From Rubripirellula sp. (GTDB taxonomy: Bacteria; Planctomycetota; Planctomycetia; Pirellulales; Pirellulaceae), in contig JARGNK010000009.1 in assembly GCA_029213145.1 (NCBI GenBank), positions 27,440 to 91,439 of the forward strand: 64,000 bases of DNA, in the 5' to 3' direction. Below, piece by piece: positions 47,943-59,000 of this stretch. The notes under the pieces are model-generated. The model had not been told where the DNA came from, did no database searches, and saw only the letters and a list, made by a program, of their open reading frames with translations. The stretch's first letter is position 1; each line of letters opens with the position of its first letter. The position numbers and the translations under genes were made by a program.

Positions 47943-48802
47943 ACCAAGCATCCAGCACCCTGGTGATCGGATCAACTGGCATGCTGGGGCGCGCGGTGGT
48001 ACAAGAACTCGCGACTCGTGGTCTGCCATTCACCGCTGTTGGCCGAGAGCGTCTGGACCTCCGAGACCATGCTTGTCTTGCACAAGTGCCTGCAACTTTC
48101 ACCCACATCATCAATTGCGCTGGATACACCGATGTGGATCAAGCTGAACAGAATGAAGAGCTAGCCACTCAGATCAATGGGACTGCCATTGCAGCACTCG
48201 CCAAGCGGTGTCTCGCGACCGGCGCTGTGCTCGTACACTTCAGCAGTGACTATGTCTTCAATGGTTTGGAGACGACGCCTTATCGTACCGAGCACCGACG
48301 CGAGCCCATCAATGCGTACGGCCGTAGTAAAGCGATCGGGGAAGAAGCACTGGAGTCATCAGGAGCCAAATTCCTCTGCGTGAGAACAAGCTGGCTCTAT
48401 GCACCCTGGGGCAAAAACTTCGCCCTCACGATGATGCACCTACTGAGTAAGAAAACAGCTTTGCGTGTGGTCAACGATCAACGTGGCCGCCCAACCAGCT
48501 GTAGTCACCTCGCTCGTGTTACGCTCAATTTGCTGGACTCTGATGCAACTGGCATTTTTCACGCTACCGACTCAGGCGAGTGCACTTGGTTTGGCTTCGC
48601 CGAAGAGATCAAGCGACAATTGGGGCACCATTGCAGGGTCGAATCGTGCAGCTCAGCGGAGCACATCCGTCCAGCAAAGCGGCCCGGATATTCGGTCTTA
48701 GATCTTTCGAAAACGGAGGAGATTACCGGAAAACTGCCAAACTGGAAAGAAAATCTGCGAGCAGTCTTGAACTGCGCATCAGCTGCGACAAACCGATCTT
48801 AA
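47939..48802 (+). CDS. rfbD: dTDP-4-dehydrorhamnose reductase
   Basis: GSTGMLG, NCAGYTDVDQAE, SSDYVF, YGRSK, VVNDQRGRPT and RPGYSVL. ATGA overlap with the rfbC stop. Confidence 0.95.
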   Translation: MNQASSTLVIGSTGMLGRAVVQELATRGLPFTAVGRERLDLRDHACLAQVPATFTHIINCAGYTDVDQAEQNEELATQINGTAIAALAKRCLATGAVLVHFSSDYVFNGLETTPYRTEHRREPINAYGRSKAIGEEALESSGAKFLCVRTSWLYAPWGKNFALTMMHLLSKKTALRVVNDQRGRPTSCSHLARVTLNLLDSDATGIFHATDSGECTWFGFAEEIKRQLGHHCRVESCSSAEHIRPAKRPGYSVLDLSKTEEITGKLPNWKENLRAVLNCASAATNRS

Positions 48803-48997
48803 TCAGCTCACCGCCGGCGACTCTTTCAATCGAAAGACCTAGCAGCAGACGAGCTCAATACGAATTGCCAAGTCGGCACAAACCAAAAATCAGTTTTTCG
48901 GTTCTGCTTGCACCAAACCCGGTGCAAGTGTCCAATAAAAGCGATAACCTTTGCCAAAGTCTTTCTATCCGATTTTCCCGTTCCCCTGTGTTCTCTG

Positions 48998-49876
48998 ATG
49001 CGTTTGCTCTTTGTCATACCGCATTATTTCAAACGCAGCGAAGACGCCACCACGCAATCTGGTTTAGAGAACCGTCATGGTTCCACGTCGGGACAGATCG
49101 CGGTAAGAACACGGTCGTTGCAGCGATGCGTTTTCTCACTGAAACAAAACCTGGGCAGCTCCCAAGCCATCATTCGACACGTCGATCGTCGCGTAGAACC
49201 AGCCAATGAAGCATCTCGCCACGAGGTTCATGTCGTCGTGGTCACCACTGGCGGATCGCACCTCATCCAGGAAGCAAAATTCCCCCCTGACCTGATTCAT
49301 CAATTCTCGGTCGATGACAACCCAAAGCATCTCGGATTTCTCGCGCAACGTGTCCTGCGAGATCGCTGGGGCAATTACGACTACTACTGCTATCTGGAAG
49401 ATGACTTAGCAATCGAAGATCCCTGGTTTTTCGAAAAGCTACGTTGGTTCAATTCTTATGTCGGCGACGATAAAGTTTTGCTCCCGCAGCGGTTTGAGCG
49501 ATCAGAAAACCACACCTACAAGAAAGTCTATCTTGATGGCGACTTGGCCAAGCGTGTGACCGAACCATTCCAAAACATTGATGAGTTGCCGGAACTAAAA
49601 AGCGAAGTCCTAGGTAAGTCCGTCCGTTTCGTACGCCCGCCGAACCCACATTCAGGCTGTTTTTTTCTGAATGCCAATCAGATGCAACACTGGATCGCGC
49701 AGCCATATTTTGAACCAATCGACACAAGCTTTATCGGCCCTCTTGAGAGTGCCGCCACACTCGGTGTGATGAAGACATTCGACATCTACAAACCGGCCCG
49801 CGAAAATGCCTCGTTTTTCGAAATTGAGCACGCCGATCGTCGCTTCATCTCGTTGATTCGCTTTGCAGATCAATGA
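48998..49876 (+). CDS. Conserved hypothetical protein, putative GT-A-fold glycosyltransferase-like
   Basis: N-terminal LFVIPHYF beta-strand and YDYYCYLEDDL (DxD-like), plus PNPHSGCFFLN and LESAATLG. The fold assignment is inference. Confidence 0.5.
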   Translation: MRLLFVIPHYFKRSEDATTQSGLENRHGSTSGQIAVRTRSLQRCVFSLKQNLGSSQAIIRHVDRRVEPANEASRHEVHVVVVTTGGSHLIQEAKFPPDLIHQFSVDDNPKHLGFLAQRVLRDRWGNYDYYCYLEDDLAIEDPWFFEKLRWFNSYVGDDKVLLPQRFERSENHTYKKVYLDGDLAKRVTEPFQNIDELPELKSEVLGKSVRFVRPPNPHSGCFFLNANQMQHWIAQPYFEPIDTSFIGPLESAATLGVMKTFDIYKPARENASFFEIEHADRRFISLIRFADQ

Positions 49877-49923
49877 ACACCATCGCTGCACCGATGCTCT
49901 CGGCAGCGTTGCAACCGCATGCA

Positions 49924-52900
49924 TCAAGATGCGGCCTTCTTAACTTTCGCCTCCGCTTCGTCCAGCATCTTCAAAAATTCTTCATTTTGCTGCAACGGCG
50001 CAAAATCAAGATCCGTGCTGCGAAGTGATTCAAAGTCATGAAACCCGTTGTCGATCAGATCTTTCGTCAAAGAGATTGCTTTCTCAATCGCTTCATTTTT
50101 CGCCGCTGCATCTTTTACATGCTGGCTGATGAAGGCGTATCCCACCGCCGCATATCCGCAATTCATGATCTGCGATCGGTCGCTCGCCAATTCAGCCGCG
50201 ATTGCCTCGGCCGATTCCACCTTCCCCCCGCGGGCAAGGATTTTCAGCAGCATGCCTTTCGTATTAACGTTTTCCGATTTCAACAGCAATTCACGCTGAA
50301 GCTCTTCCGCGCGTGAATACTGCTCGGACGAATCTTGGTTGATCATCTGTTGCGCGGCGCCGAACCAGTAATACGCATCAATCGCTTGTGAGCGGACGCG
50401 TTGATCGTCGCTACGATCGAGCAACTTTTCAAACGTGGCAGTCGCCTGTTCTAACAGTTCAATGGCTTGGGGACCGCGGTTGATTGACAAGTATTGGCGA
50501 GCAAGCGTCTTTTGATCTTTTGCCGCATTGTGCATGTTCGGAAGATTTGAGTTGTTTTCAGCGAACTGCAATTGGATCCTCAATGCTTCACTACTTGCTT
50601 CCAGCATCTGTTCGGTTTTTCCCGCATTTTCATAAACGGTACTCAGGACAGATAACGCCCCTCCAAGTTCGCCCAAAGCTTCGTCGCTACCTGGGTTTTG
50701 GTTAGAGTACGCACGTCGCGCCTCCACATTGCGGGTTCCATACTTCAATGCTTGGTCGGGATTACCAAGCAATTGATAAACTCGCGATAATTTCCCATAA
50801 ACCTCAGCCATACTGGCTTGCTTCAGCTCCTCACTAAAATCCTCGTTCTCATCAAAGTAGGCTTGCCGTTTCTTTTCAACATCCAAATAGCGGCTCTCTG
50901 CGTTCTTCAAATCACCAAGATTGCGATAAGTATCACCGAGAGCTAACGCAATGTTCATCTCACTGTTGGCGGCGTTTGCAAGCGTGCCATCTCGGTTGAG
51001 GGCGATCAGTTGCTCCTCCGCGAACAAGAGCTTCTCCAGGGCCTGTTCATAGGCACCTGCGTAAAGATAAATCTGGCCCAATTGCAATGCGCCGGATGCG
51101 GCCAGAGTGCTACCTACGTCGTTGGAATAACGCTTGGTATGGATTTCCTCAACGCCCCCGAGAATCGTATTGATCATCCCTTCTCGCAGCGGCAACAACT
51201 CAGGCTTATCCTGGAAAAAGTCTTTTGTCTCATAGAGGATCAGCCGACTTGTATCGAGTGCCAACTCTGCCTGATCCTCGGCGATCTTGGCATTCTCGGC
51301 GGCGACCGTGGCATTTGTCTCGGCAATCGTGGCATTCTCTGCGGCAATCTTGGCATTCGCCTCAGCTTCTTTTCGAGCTGCTGCTTCTGCGTTCTTTTTT
51401 TGGTTGATAATCAACGACGCGATTGTTCCTCCCAAACACAAACAGATCATCAAGCTTGCAGCAATTCCTGATAAGACAGCAACACGAGGATTCCGCCGAC
51501 ACCACTTCCTCAGCCGCTCCAGCTTCGTAATCGGCCGAGCAATAATCGGGGTGCCGTTAAGATAACGCTGTAATTCATCCGCGAATTCGCCAGCTGTTGC
51601 GTATCGCTTTTCGATCTCCTTCTCCAAGGCCTTCAAACAAATCGTCTCCAAGTCCTTATCAATGCCAACTTGCATTGTGGAAGGCGGCACCGGATCGGTC
51701 GTGAGCATGGCCTGCACGGTTTCCAGTGGACTAGGTCCTTTGTGGGGTGCACGGCCGGTTAACAAAAAGTAAAGCACAGCCCCCAAAGCATAAACATCGG
51801 TATGGGTACCAATGCGTTCCATTTGCCGGGCCTGTTCGGGTGCCATGTAACCGGGGGTTCCCAAAATGACACCGGCTCGCGTTAAGTCGTCTCCTTCATC
51901 ATCATCCAATCGCTTCGCCAGTCCAAAATCGGCAACCTTGGGAGCACCGTCGGCGGCAATCAGAATATTTTGAGGCTTCAAATCGCGGTGCAGAATTCCT
52001 CGCTCGTGTGAATAACTAATCGCACGGGCAACCGGCAACAATATTTCAGCGGCGTCGCGCGGTGACATCGTGGTCTGGTCAAGCAGCTCTGACAGCGATT
52101 CGCCATCCACAAATTCAAGCGAAAAGAACGGAGCCCCGCGGTGTTCACCAACTTCGTAGATCGACACAATGTTCGGATGAGTCAAGCTGGCGGCGGATTC
52201 GGCTTCCATACGAAAGCGTGCCAGTTGAGTCTCGTTGGCGTTTGCCCCGATCAAGATCATTTTGATCGCGACCATCCGAGATAACGGAGTATGGTAGGCC
52301 TTGTAGACGACCCCCATCCCACCTTTCCCCAGGATGCTGATGACTTGGTAGTCATCCGGCGCATCCTCTAACGCATCAATCACCCCGGGCTCGCGGTTTG
52401 CCGCATTCTTATCACGCACCGTTTCCGAAGCGTTGGATTCCATCGTTTGTTCGATGCCGGCATCTGCACGGCTGCCGCCCAATGAAACCCGCGGCGCAGG
52501 CTTTCCGGACGAACGGCCCGCGATTTTGGACGAATCCCCTAGGGATACCTTCGGGGAGGTCCGGGCGGCGTTGCCTGATGAAGCTGATTGATCCATCGTC
52601 ACCCCGTCGACCGAATCACTCGCAAAAGTGTCGCCCGGATCACCGACCGAGGGCGCATCGATCGTGTGCTCAATGGTTTTCTCTTTGTCAGCCTGCAGAC
52701 CCTGGGTTTCCATCGCAAACGAAGCTTTGCGATCCAGCACTGCTGACTCGATCTCCTCGGTCGCGTCCGGCTCGGACCCCGCCTGCGCCAAACGCAGCTT
52801 GAGAGAGGCATCAAACTCCTTAATTAAATCGAGCAGCACCTCCTCCGAACCGGCAGCTTGACTTCCGGGTGTCTCACGGAGGATTTCTCGTACCTGCATC

Positions 52901-52956
52901 GAGATCCGCTTGACAACTTCGTTGACAACTAGATCACCAGCTTTCGAATCAGACAT
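49924..52956 (-). CDS. Ser/Thr protein kinase with TM helix, coiled coil and C-terminal TPRs
   Basis: GKGGMGVVY, VAIKMI, HRDLKPQN, DFGLAK, GTPGYMAPEQ and DVYALG; TM helix; AEANAKIA repeats; TPRs; terminal GF.D...L..DLDF motif. Confidence 0.92.
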   Translation of the reverse strand: MSDSKAGDLVVNEVVKRISMQVREILRETPGSQAAGSEEVLLDLIKEFDASLKLRLAQAGSEPDATEEIESAVLDRKASFAMETQGLQADKEKTIEHTIDAPSVGDPGDTFASDSVDGVTMDQSASSGNAARTSPKVSLGDSSKIAGRSSGKPAPRVSLGGSRADAGIEQTMESNASETVRDKNAANREPGVIDALEDAPDDYQVISILGKGGMGVVYKAYHTPLSRMVAIKMILIGANANETQLARFRMEAESAASLTHPNIVSIYEVGEHRGAPFFSLEFVDGESLSELLDQTTMSPRDAAEILLPVARAISYSHERGILHRDLKPQNILIAADGAPKVADFGLAKRLDDDEGDDLTRAGVILGTPGYMAPEQARQMERIGTHTDVYALGAVLYFLLTGRAPHKGPSPLETVQAMLTTDPVPPSTMQVGIDKDLETICLKALEKEIEKRYATAGEFADELQRYLNGTPIIARPITKLERLRKWCRRNPRVAVLSGIAASLMICLCLGGTIASLIINQKKNAEAAARKEAEANAKIAAENATIAETNATVAAENAKIAEDQAELALDTSRLILYETKDFFQDKPELLPLREGMINTILGGVEEIHTKRYSNDVGSTLAASGALQLGQIYLYAGAYEQALEKLLFAEEQLIALNRDGTLANAANSEMNIALALGDTYRNLGDLKNAESRYLDVEKKRQAYFDENEDFSEELKQASMAEVYGKLSRVYQLLGNPDQALKYGTRNVEARRAYSNQNPGSDEALGELGGALSVLSTVYENAGKTEQMLEASSEALRIQLQFAENNSNLPNMHNAAKDQKTLARQYLSINRGPQAIELLEQATATFEKLLDRSDDQRVRSQAIDAYYWFGAAQQMINQDSSEQYSRAEELQRELLLKSENVNTKGMLLKILARGGKVESAEAIAAELASDRSQIMNCGYAAVGYAFISQHVKDAAAKNEAIEKAISLTKDLIDNGFHDFESLRSTDLDFAPLQQNEEFLKMLDEAEAKVKKAAS

Positions 52957-53048
52957 TGACCGACCTTCCGGACATTAACGTTCGCATGCGTTTATCGAAC
53001 CATTCTGGAAACGCACATTCGCTTTCTTCGCAAGTCATAAACTCACTG

Positions 53049-56000
53049 CTAATTTCTTCTGATTGAGCGGTAAACCGACTTTGCCATTTTCCGTAATTCA
53101 GCTTCATCCTGATCGATCTTTCCGTCACCATTTCGGTCATAAATAGACGTAAATCCCTTATCCTCATCCGCTTGATCCGTCAGGCTATTGGTTGCCAACA
53201 GTATTTGCATCACCGTCATGTCGGTTCCATCGGCGACACCAAAAGCTTTGCCGTTGCAGCCAACATTAATGATGCGCACCCCTAAACCAGTTTCACTCAC
53301 GTCAAACTTGTACTTCTCACCGAGGTCTCCTCCCAAATTACGATTGGTGAAGTAGACATTGAACGCGGTTGCCATGAACCTCGCATCCAATTTCCCCGAT
53401 CCTTTGGACTTCTTCGATTTGTGATAGAAGAAATGCTTTCGATAGAACGTGACCAATTGCTTGTCGGATTTCCCTTCCAAGGCGTCACCAAAAATATTGC
53501 TAAAGCTTGACGACAGCCACTTTGCCAGATCCTCGCCCCCAGCTTTCATCAACGCGCGCCCCTTCTTGCCGCGCCAGAATCCGATCGAGGCAGCTTCGCC
53601 ACGTTCAACATCTCCACCAATTTCTGCGAACATGTAATCATGTGCGTCGGTCGCCTGGAGCTTGATTTGCATCGTATCATTGGCCACCAGCGTGCCCCCT
53701 AATGAACCGAGCATTTCGCTGCCATCGGTGATACCGCTTGGTTGCTGTTGGATGATTCGATATTCGCCTGGCTCAAGATCTTCGAACAGGTAAAGACCGC
53801 CATCACTCGTCAGCGATGTAATTGCATCACCGTGCGCGTCTAAAACTGGTTGGCCATTCGCGTCCTGTAATTCAATGGTGACAAAGTCGATTCCAGGTTC
53901 GTTGGCTTGCATTTCACCATCCTTGTCGATGTCGACATAGACAGCTCCGTCAACACTTGGCAGGTTGACAACATGAACCGTAACCTCTGAATCGTCACTT
54001 GCGCCATCCTTGTCCGTCGCACGCACCAAAAGCGAGAATGTCTGCGTCTGCTCAAAGTCAACCAACTCTGGATTTAAAACCGTGATCAAGCCACTATCCG
54101 GATCGATCGCAAACGGGCCGTCCTCGGTGGAATCGACGATGCCGAACTGAATCGCATCATTGCCGGGATCTGTTGCCGTGACGCCGCCGACGGTAGCACC
54201 AGCCTCTGGGTTCTCTACCAGACTGACAATCAGATCATCCGCAACGGGGCTGGCGTTACCGACCGTCACCGAGCGGTCGCTGGTCGAAGAACCACCATCG
54301 TCATCCGTTACGGTCAGAAAGATTTTGTAAGTCGCATTATCATCCGGCGTGAAGTCCCAGTTCGCCCCCGCCCCCGTTGCAAATTCGACTGCCTCCGCAT
54401 CCGGGTCGGCCGATTTGTTTACTCGCCAACCAAAGACGAGGCCCGCCTGGTCGGCGGCGACGTCAGTGGCAACGCCACTGACTTCAATCAAGGTACCTTC
54501 CACCAGAGGATTGGAGTCAGAAATTTTAATCTCACTGATGACCGGAGCGACATTCTCGACGCCGATTTCGGCAAGTGCGTCACTCGTTGCCTCCGAGCCA
54601 TCGGTAACTTTTAACGCTACTTTCCAGGGCGTCTGCAACGGCCCATCCAGTCCGACTGCGTTGAAAGCAGGCTTCATTCCAACCTCGTCACCCCGCAGTG
54701 CATCCAATCCTGTTTCACCGAAGATATTGTCACCATCCAGATCCCATTGGAACGTCAAATCTTCCGTGCTTTGCTGTTCATCAGTGCTCAGACTGGCATC
54801 CAACTCAACGGCACCGTCTTCGGCCACCGTATAGGGCCCCCCCGCCTTTGCCACGGGTGGCGTATTCAATCCCTCAATCGTCACAACGAAGGTGTCGGTC
54901 ATCGAACCACCATCGTCGTCCATCACTTTCACGCTGACGGTGTACACACCATCCCGGTTGTAGTCATGATTTAACTCAAATGATCGTTCATTCTGATCGA
55001 TGACCAGTGTCGACTCACCTGAACCATCACCAAAATTGACGACAGCTGTAAACTGATCGTCCCCTGGATCCTGGAAGGAGACGGGTCCCCGCTTAAGAGT
55101 TGCCACTCCGGCGACAGGAGATGAGTCATCTCCCAACGTCACATCGTTGCCAAGGTCGAACGCAGGATCGACATTCTTCACCTCAATGGAAAGCAACGAA
55201 GTCGCCCGCGCACCACTCAAGTCAGTCGCCACCACTTGCACATCAACATCTGCGTCGTCGCTGGTCAACCAGACGATCGAACCGTCTTGTGGATCAATCG
55301 AAAGGCCGGCGATCCCATGCGGCGAACCATCAATCGCTTCCAATGAATAAGTGACGGAATCCAAGAGGTCGTCCGTGGCGGTGGCAACGAGGCTAAGTGT
55401 TTCCCCCTCGTCCACTGTCACCGAAGCAACAACGCTGAGGTTCGGCACCTTGTTAAGCACTTCCTCAAACAGACCGGCAGGTCCTTGGAACGTGTCATCA
55501 GTGGCATCACTTGCGACCACAAGCGTTTTTCCGCTCGATCGCCGGATCGTATCGGCTCCATCGCCCGGAATGATCACGTCGACCAAAGACTCACTGGACA
55601 TTTGCGAATCAAAGCGATAAATCAGCAATTCGTAATCTCCGGTGTCGGTATCGTCACACCGGATATCGCCTCCCGTCACGTTAGAGCAAAACGCGGCGGC
55701 ATCAAAATCAGGAACATAGTCCGGAAATTCTTCAATGCCAAAGTTAAACGTGTCTACTTCGACATAGTAGGTACCCGCCTCTGGAAACTGCACATCAAGT
55801 AGAATTGAGTCGGTCGGCTCAAAGCCGTCATCATTGAATGCGCCAAAGGGGCTACCGTAGTAATCAACTTTGTTGCCGAGGGAATCGTAAACACGCAGCA
55901 GCGAATCGATCTGGTTGGGAATACGCGTTCGCAGGCTGACAGAGTAGACTTCGAAGGTGATGATGTCATCCTTCGCTGCGGTGAAGGAATACAGATCGTT

Positions 56001-59000
56001 TTCACTTTTTCCATTGACCGTTTTGATGGATCCAGTCACGTTGACTGCGGAAGCACCGTAATGCCCAGTCGCAAGATTGGTATTCGTATTTGGAACCGAC
56101 AACGACTGCAGGTCGCCCAAAGCTTGCACCGCGTGTGCCACACCATTGACTGTCAATGAATCCGTTTTCTGCGCGTCAGAGCTTTCGCTGACCGTAAAAC
56201 CAGTTTCAAAGAAGGCAAGCTTCAGCGCTTCACGCGGACCGAAGTATGGATTTTGCAGAGCATCATTGATTGTTGTTCTTACCGAAGCGGGAGAAGCCAG
56301 CAGGTGATTGGCCGTTTCATCCGCTGTCGCCGGCAAAAAACCCTCATAGCTCGGCGCGAACGCCGCGGCCCCCAAGCCGGAGAAAACTCCCTCACCCGGA
56401 TTGCCAAACGCATCATGATGTCTCAAGCCGTAAGTGTGCCCCAATTCGTGCGCCGCAATCGTGGAAGAGAGCGAGACAAAGTTCTCCGGCGTACCAGGAA
56501 GTTGGTTGGGCTGATCACCCAAGAATCCATTCACATCCACCTGAACACTGCCACCACGTGTCACGTCACGCCACCCAATGCGATCTGCCACACCCCCGGA
56601 GAATGAGATTCCGTTGACGGTCGGTGGACTATTGAAATAGATCGTGATGAAAGCTTCGTCGATTGGTTTTTCAAGCGAGATCTCAACATCGAACTGCGAA
56701 AAATCTTCCTGCATTCTTTGTTGAATGCCAGCAATTTCATCCGCCGTGTAAACGTGATCCCCAGGATCGGTCTGCGAATCAAAATCCAAGTAGACGAATT
56801 TTGTACGCGCTGCTGACAGATCGTCATTCCCACCGCCACCAACTAACGTGTCGGCACCAGCTCCACCAACCAAGCGACTATCTCTGGAGTTACCAATCAG
56901 AACATCGGAATAGGTCGTTCCAATCACGTTTTCCAACGACGTGTCCGATGAAAATTGCAAGTCAAGATTTTCTGAGACTGTTTGTCGGGTTGTCAGTCGA
57001 AGATCAACGGTGACACCTGTGTCCAAGCCGTAGAAATCAAGCGTATCGGCCGATTCGTCCGCGAGCTCATCGATTTCATCCAAACCTAGGCTCTCATTCA
57101 CCGTCCCTGCGTAAAGATAGGTATCATCGCCACCGCCACCGACCAGTGAATCGTCACCCTGTCCGCCCTCTAACGTGTCGTTCCCTGAACCTCCCAGCAA
57201 CGTGTCATTTCCTCCGTTACCAACCAACCCGCTGTTGCCCTGGAAACCAGTCGCGTCTAGACGATTCGGGCCATCTCCGCCAATCAACGCGACCTCAGCG
57301 ACGTCGGCGAGGGTTGCTACCACCACACCATCTTTTGAAATGGTGGAGAGGTTGTCCGATGCGTCTGTCGCCGCGGTAATGACATCGGCATCGGATTCAA
57401 AGAGGACCATGTCCATCGCAGTGGTTCCGGCAACCGCCGAGTCGCCGTAAACCTTCAGGCCCGACGCTTGCTCGCTAACAATGATCAGATCGTTTCCTGA
57501 TCCGCCGAAGACAGAATCTCGAAGTCCACCGCCACCACCGAGCGTGTCATTCCCATCTCCGCCAGAGATTGAATCATCATTGCCTGGTCCTCCGAAAACG
57601 GAATCATCACCATTGCCCCCCAGCAAACTCACCTCACCACCGAGGGTGGCACGCAGACTGTCGTCCCCGTCGCCACCAAAGACAGTATCGCGACTCCCTT
57701 CGCTGATGATCGTGTCATCCCCCAAACCGCCGCCAATTGATGCATTACCTCCGTTGCCGCCAAAGATTGAATCGTTGCCATCTCCACCATCGACGGTGTC
57801 ATTTTTCCCCTGCCCGGTGATGCTGTCGTTACCTCCACCACCGAAGATCGAATCGTGATTGCCTGGCCCCGACACAATCGTGTCATTCCCATCACCACCA
57901 TCAATGGACTCGCTGCCACTCAATCCACCGGAAATGGAATCATCACCGTCCCCTGCTTCGATGAAGTCAACACCATCTCCGGCTTGAATACTGTCATTCC
58001 CCGGACCGCCAAAAATCGTGCCTCGAGGAACCGTCAACGTCGATGTCCCTACAGCCACAATTAGATCGTCACCTTCGCCGCCGTCAACTAAATCGCGGGT
58101 ACCGGTTCCGAAAATGGTGTCGTGGCCCGAACCTCCACGGAGCGTATCACTATCAACGCTACTCCCCTCAATCAGGTCATCGCCGGAACCACCGAAGACG
58201 GAATCACCGCCGCCACCAATTCCCTTGATGGTGTCGTCTCCAGCGCCACCATCGATTGAATCATTACCTGCGGGTCCACCAAAGATACTGTCGTTGCCAT
58301 CGCCGCCAAGAATGCTGTCACCGCCACCAGTTCCATCTGCAACGGGCTTGCCACCGCCGACAATCGTATCGTTACCGCTTCCACCGACGAGCGAGTCGTT
58401 TAGACCAGGCCCGCCAAAAATGGAATCATCTCCCGCCCCCCCGTCGATCACCTCACTCCCGCCGTCACCGCCCACGATGGAATCATTCCCGTCTCCGGCG
58501 TGAACCGTATCTCCCTTGCCACCGCTAACGATGCTGTCGTTACCCGGCCCACCAAAAATTGAATCCGAATCGCCTGCAGTACTGGTGATCGTGTCGTCGC
58601 CCGCGCCACCTTGCAGTGAGGTCGCCCCCTTCGAACCCCCGACAATCGCGTCATCCCCGTCGCCACCGTCGACGACTTCATTGCCACCGGAAGAGATAAT
58701 CGAATCGTTCCCTGGCCCACCGAAAATACTGTCTTTGCTGCCGCCCGAGGCAATCGTGTCATCACCGTTTCCGCCCGTGACCGATTGCTCGCCGCCGGAG
58801 CCAAGCGTGATGGAATCATCACCTTCACCTCCATCAACCGTACCCGCCCCGGCACCACCGACGGCCTGAATAATATCGTTACCCGGGCCACCGAAAATCG
58901 TATCCTTCCCGTCGGCACCGGCACTGATCGTGTCGTCACCAAGACCACCAACGATTGATTCGCTTCCTAGACCACCGAAGATCGAATCGTTACCGTCACC

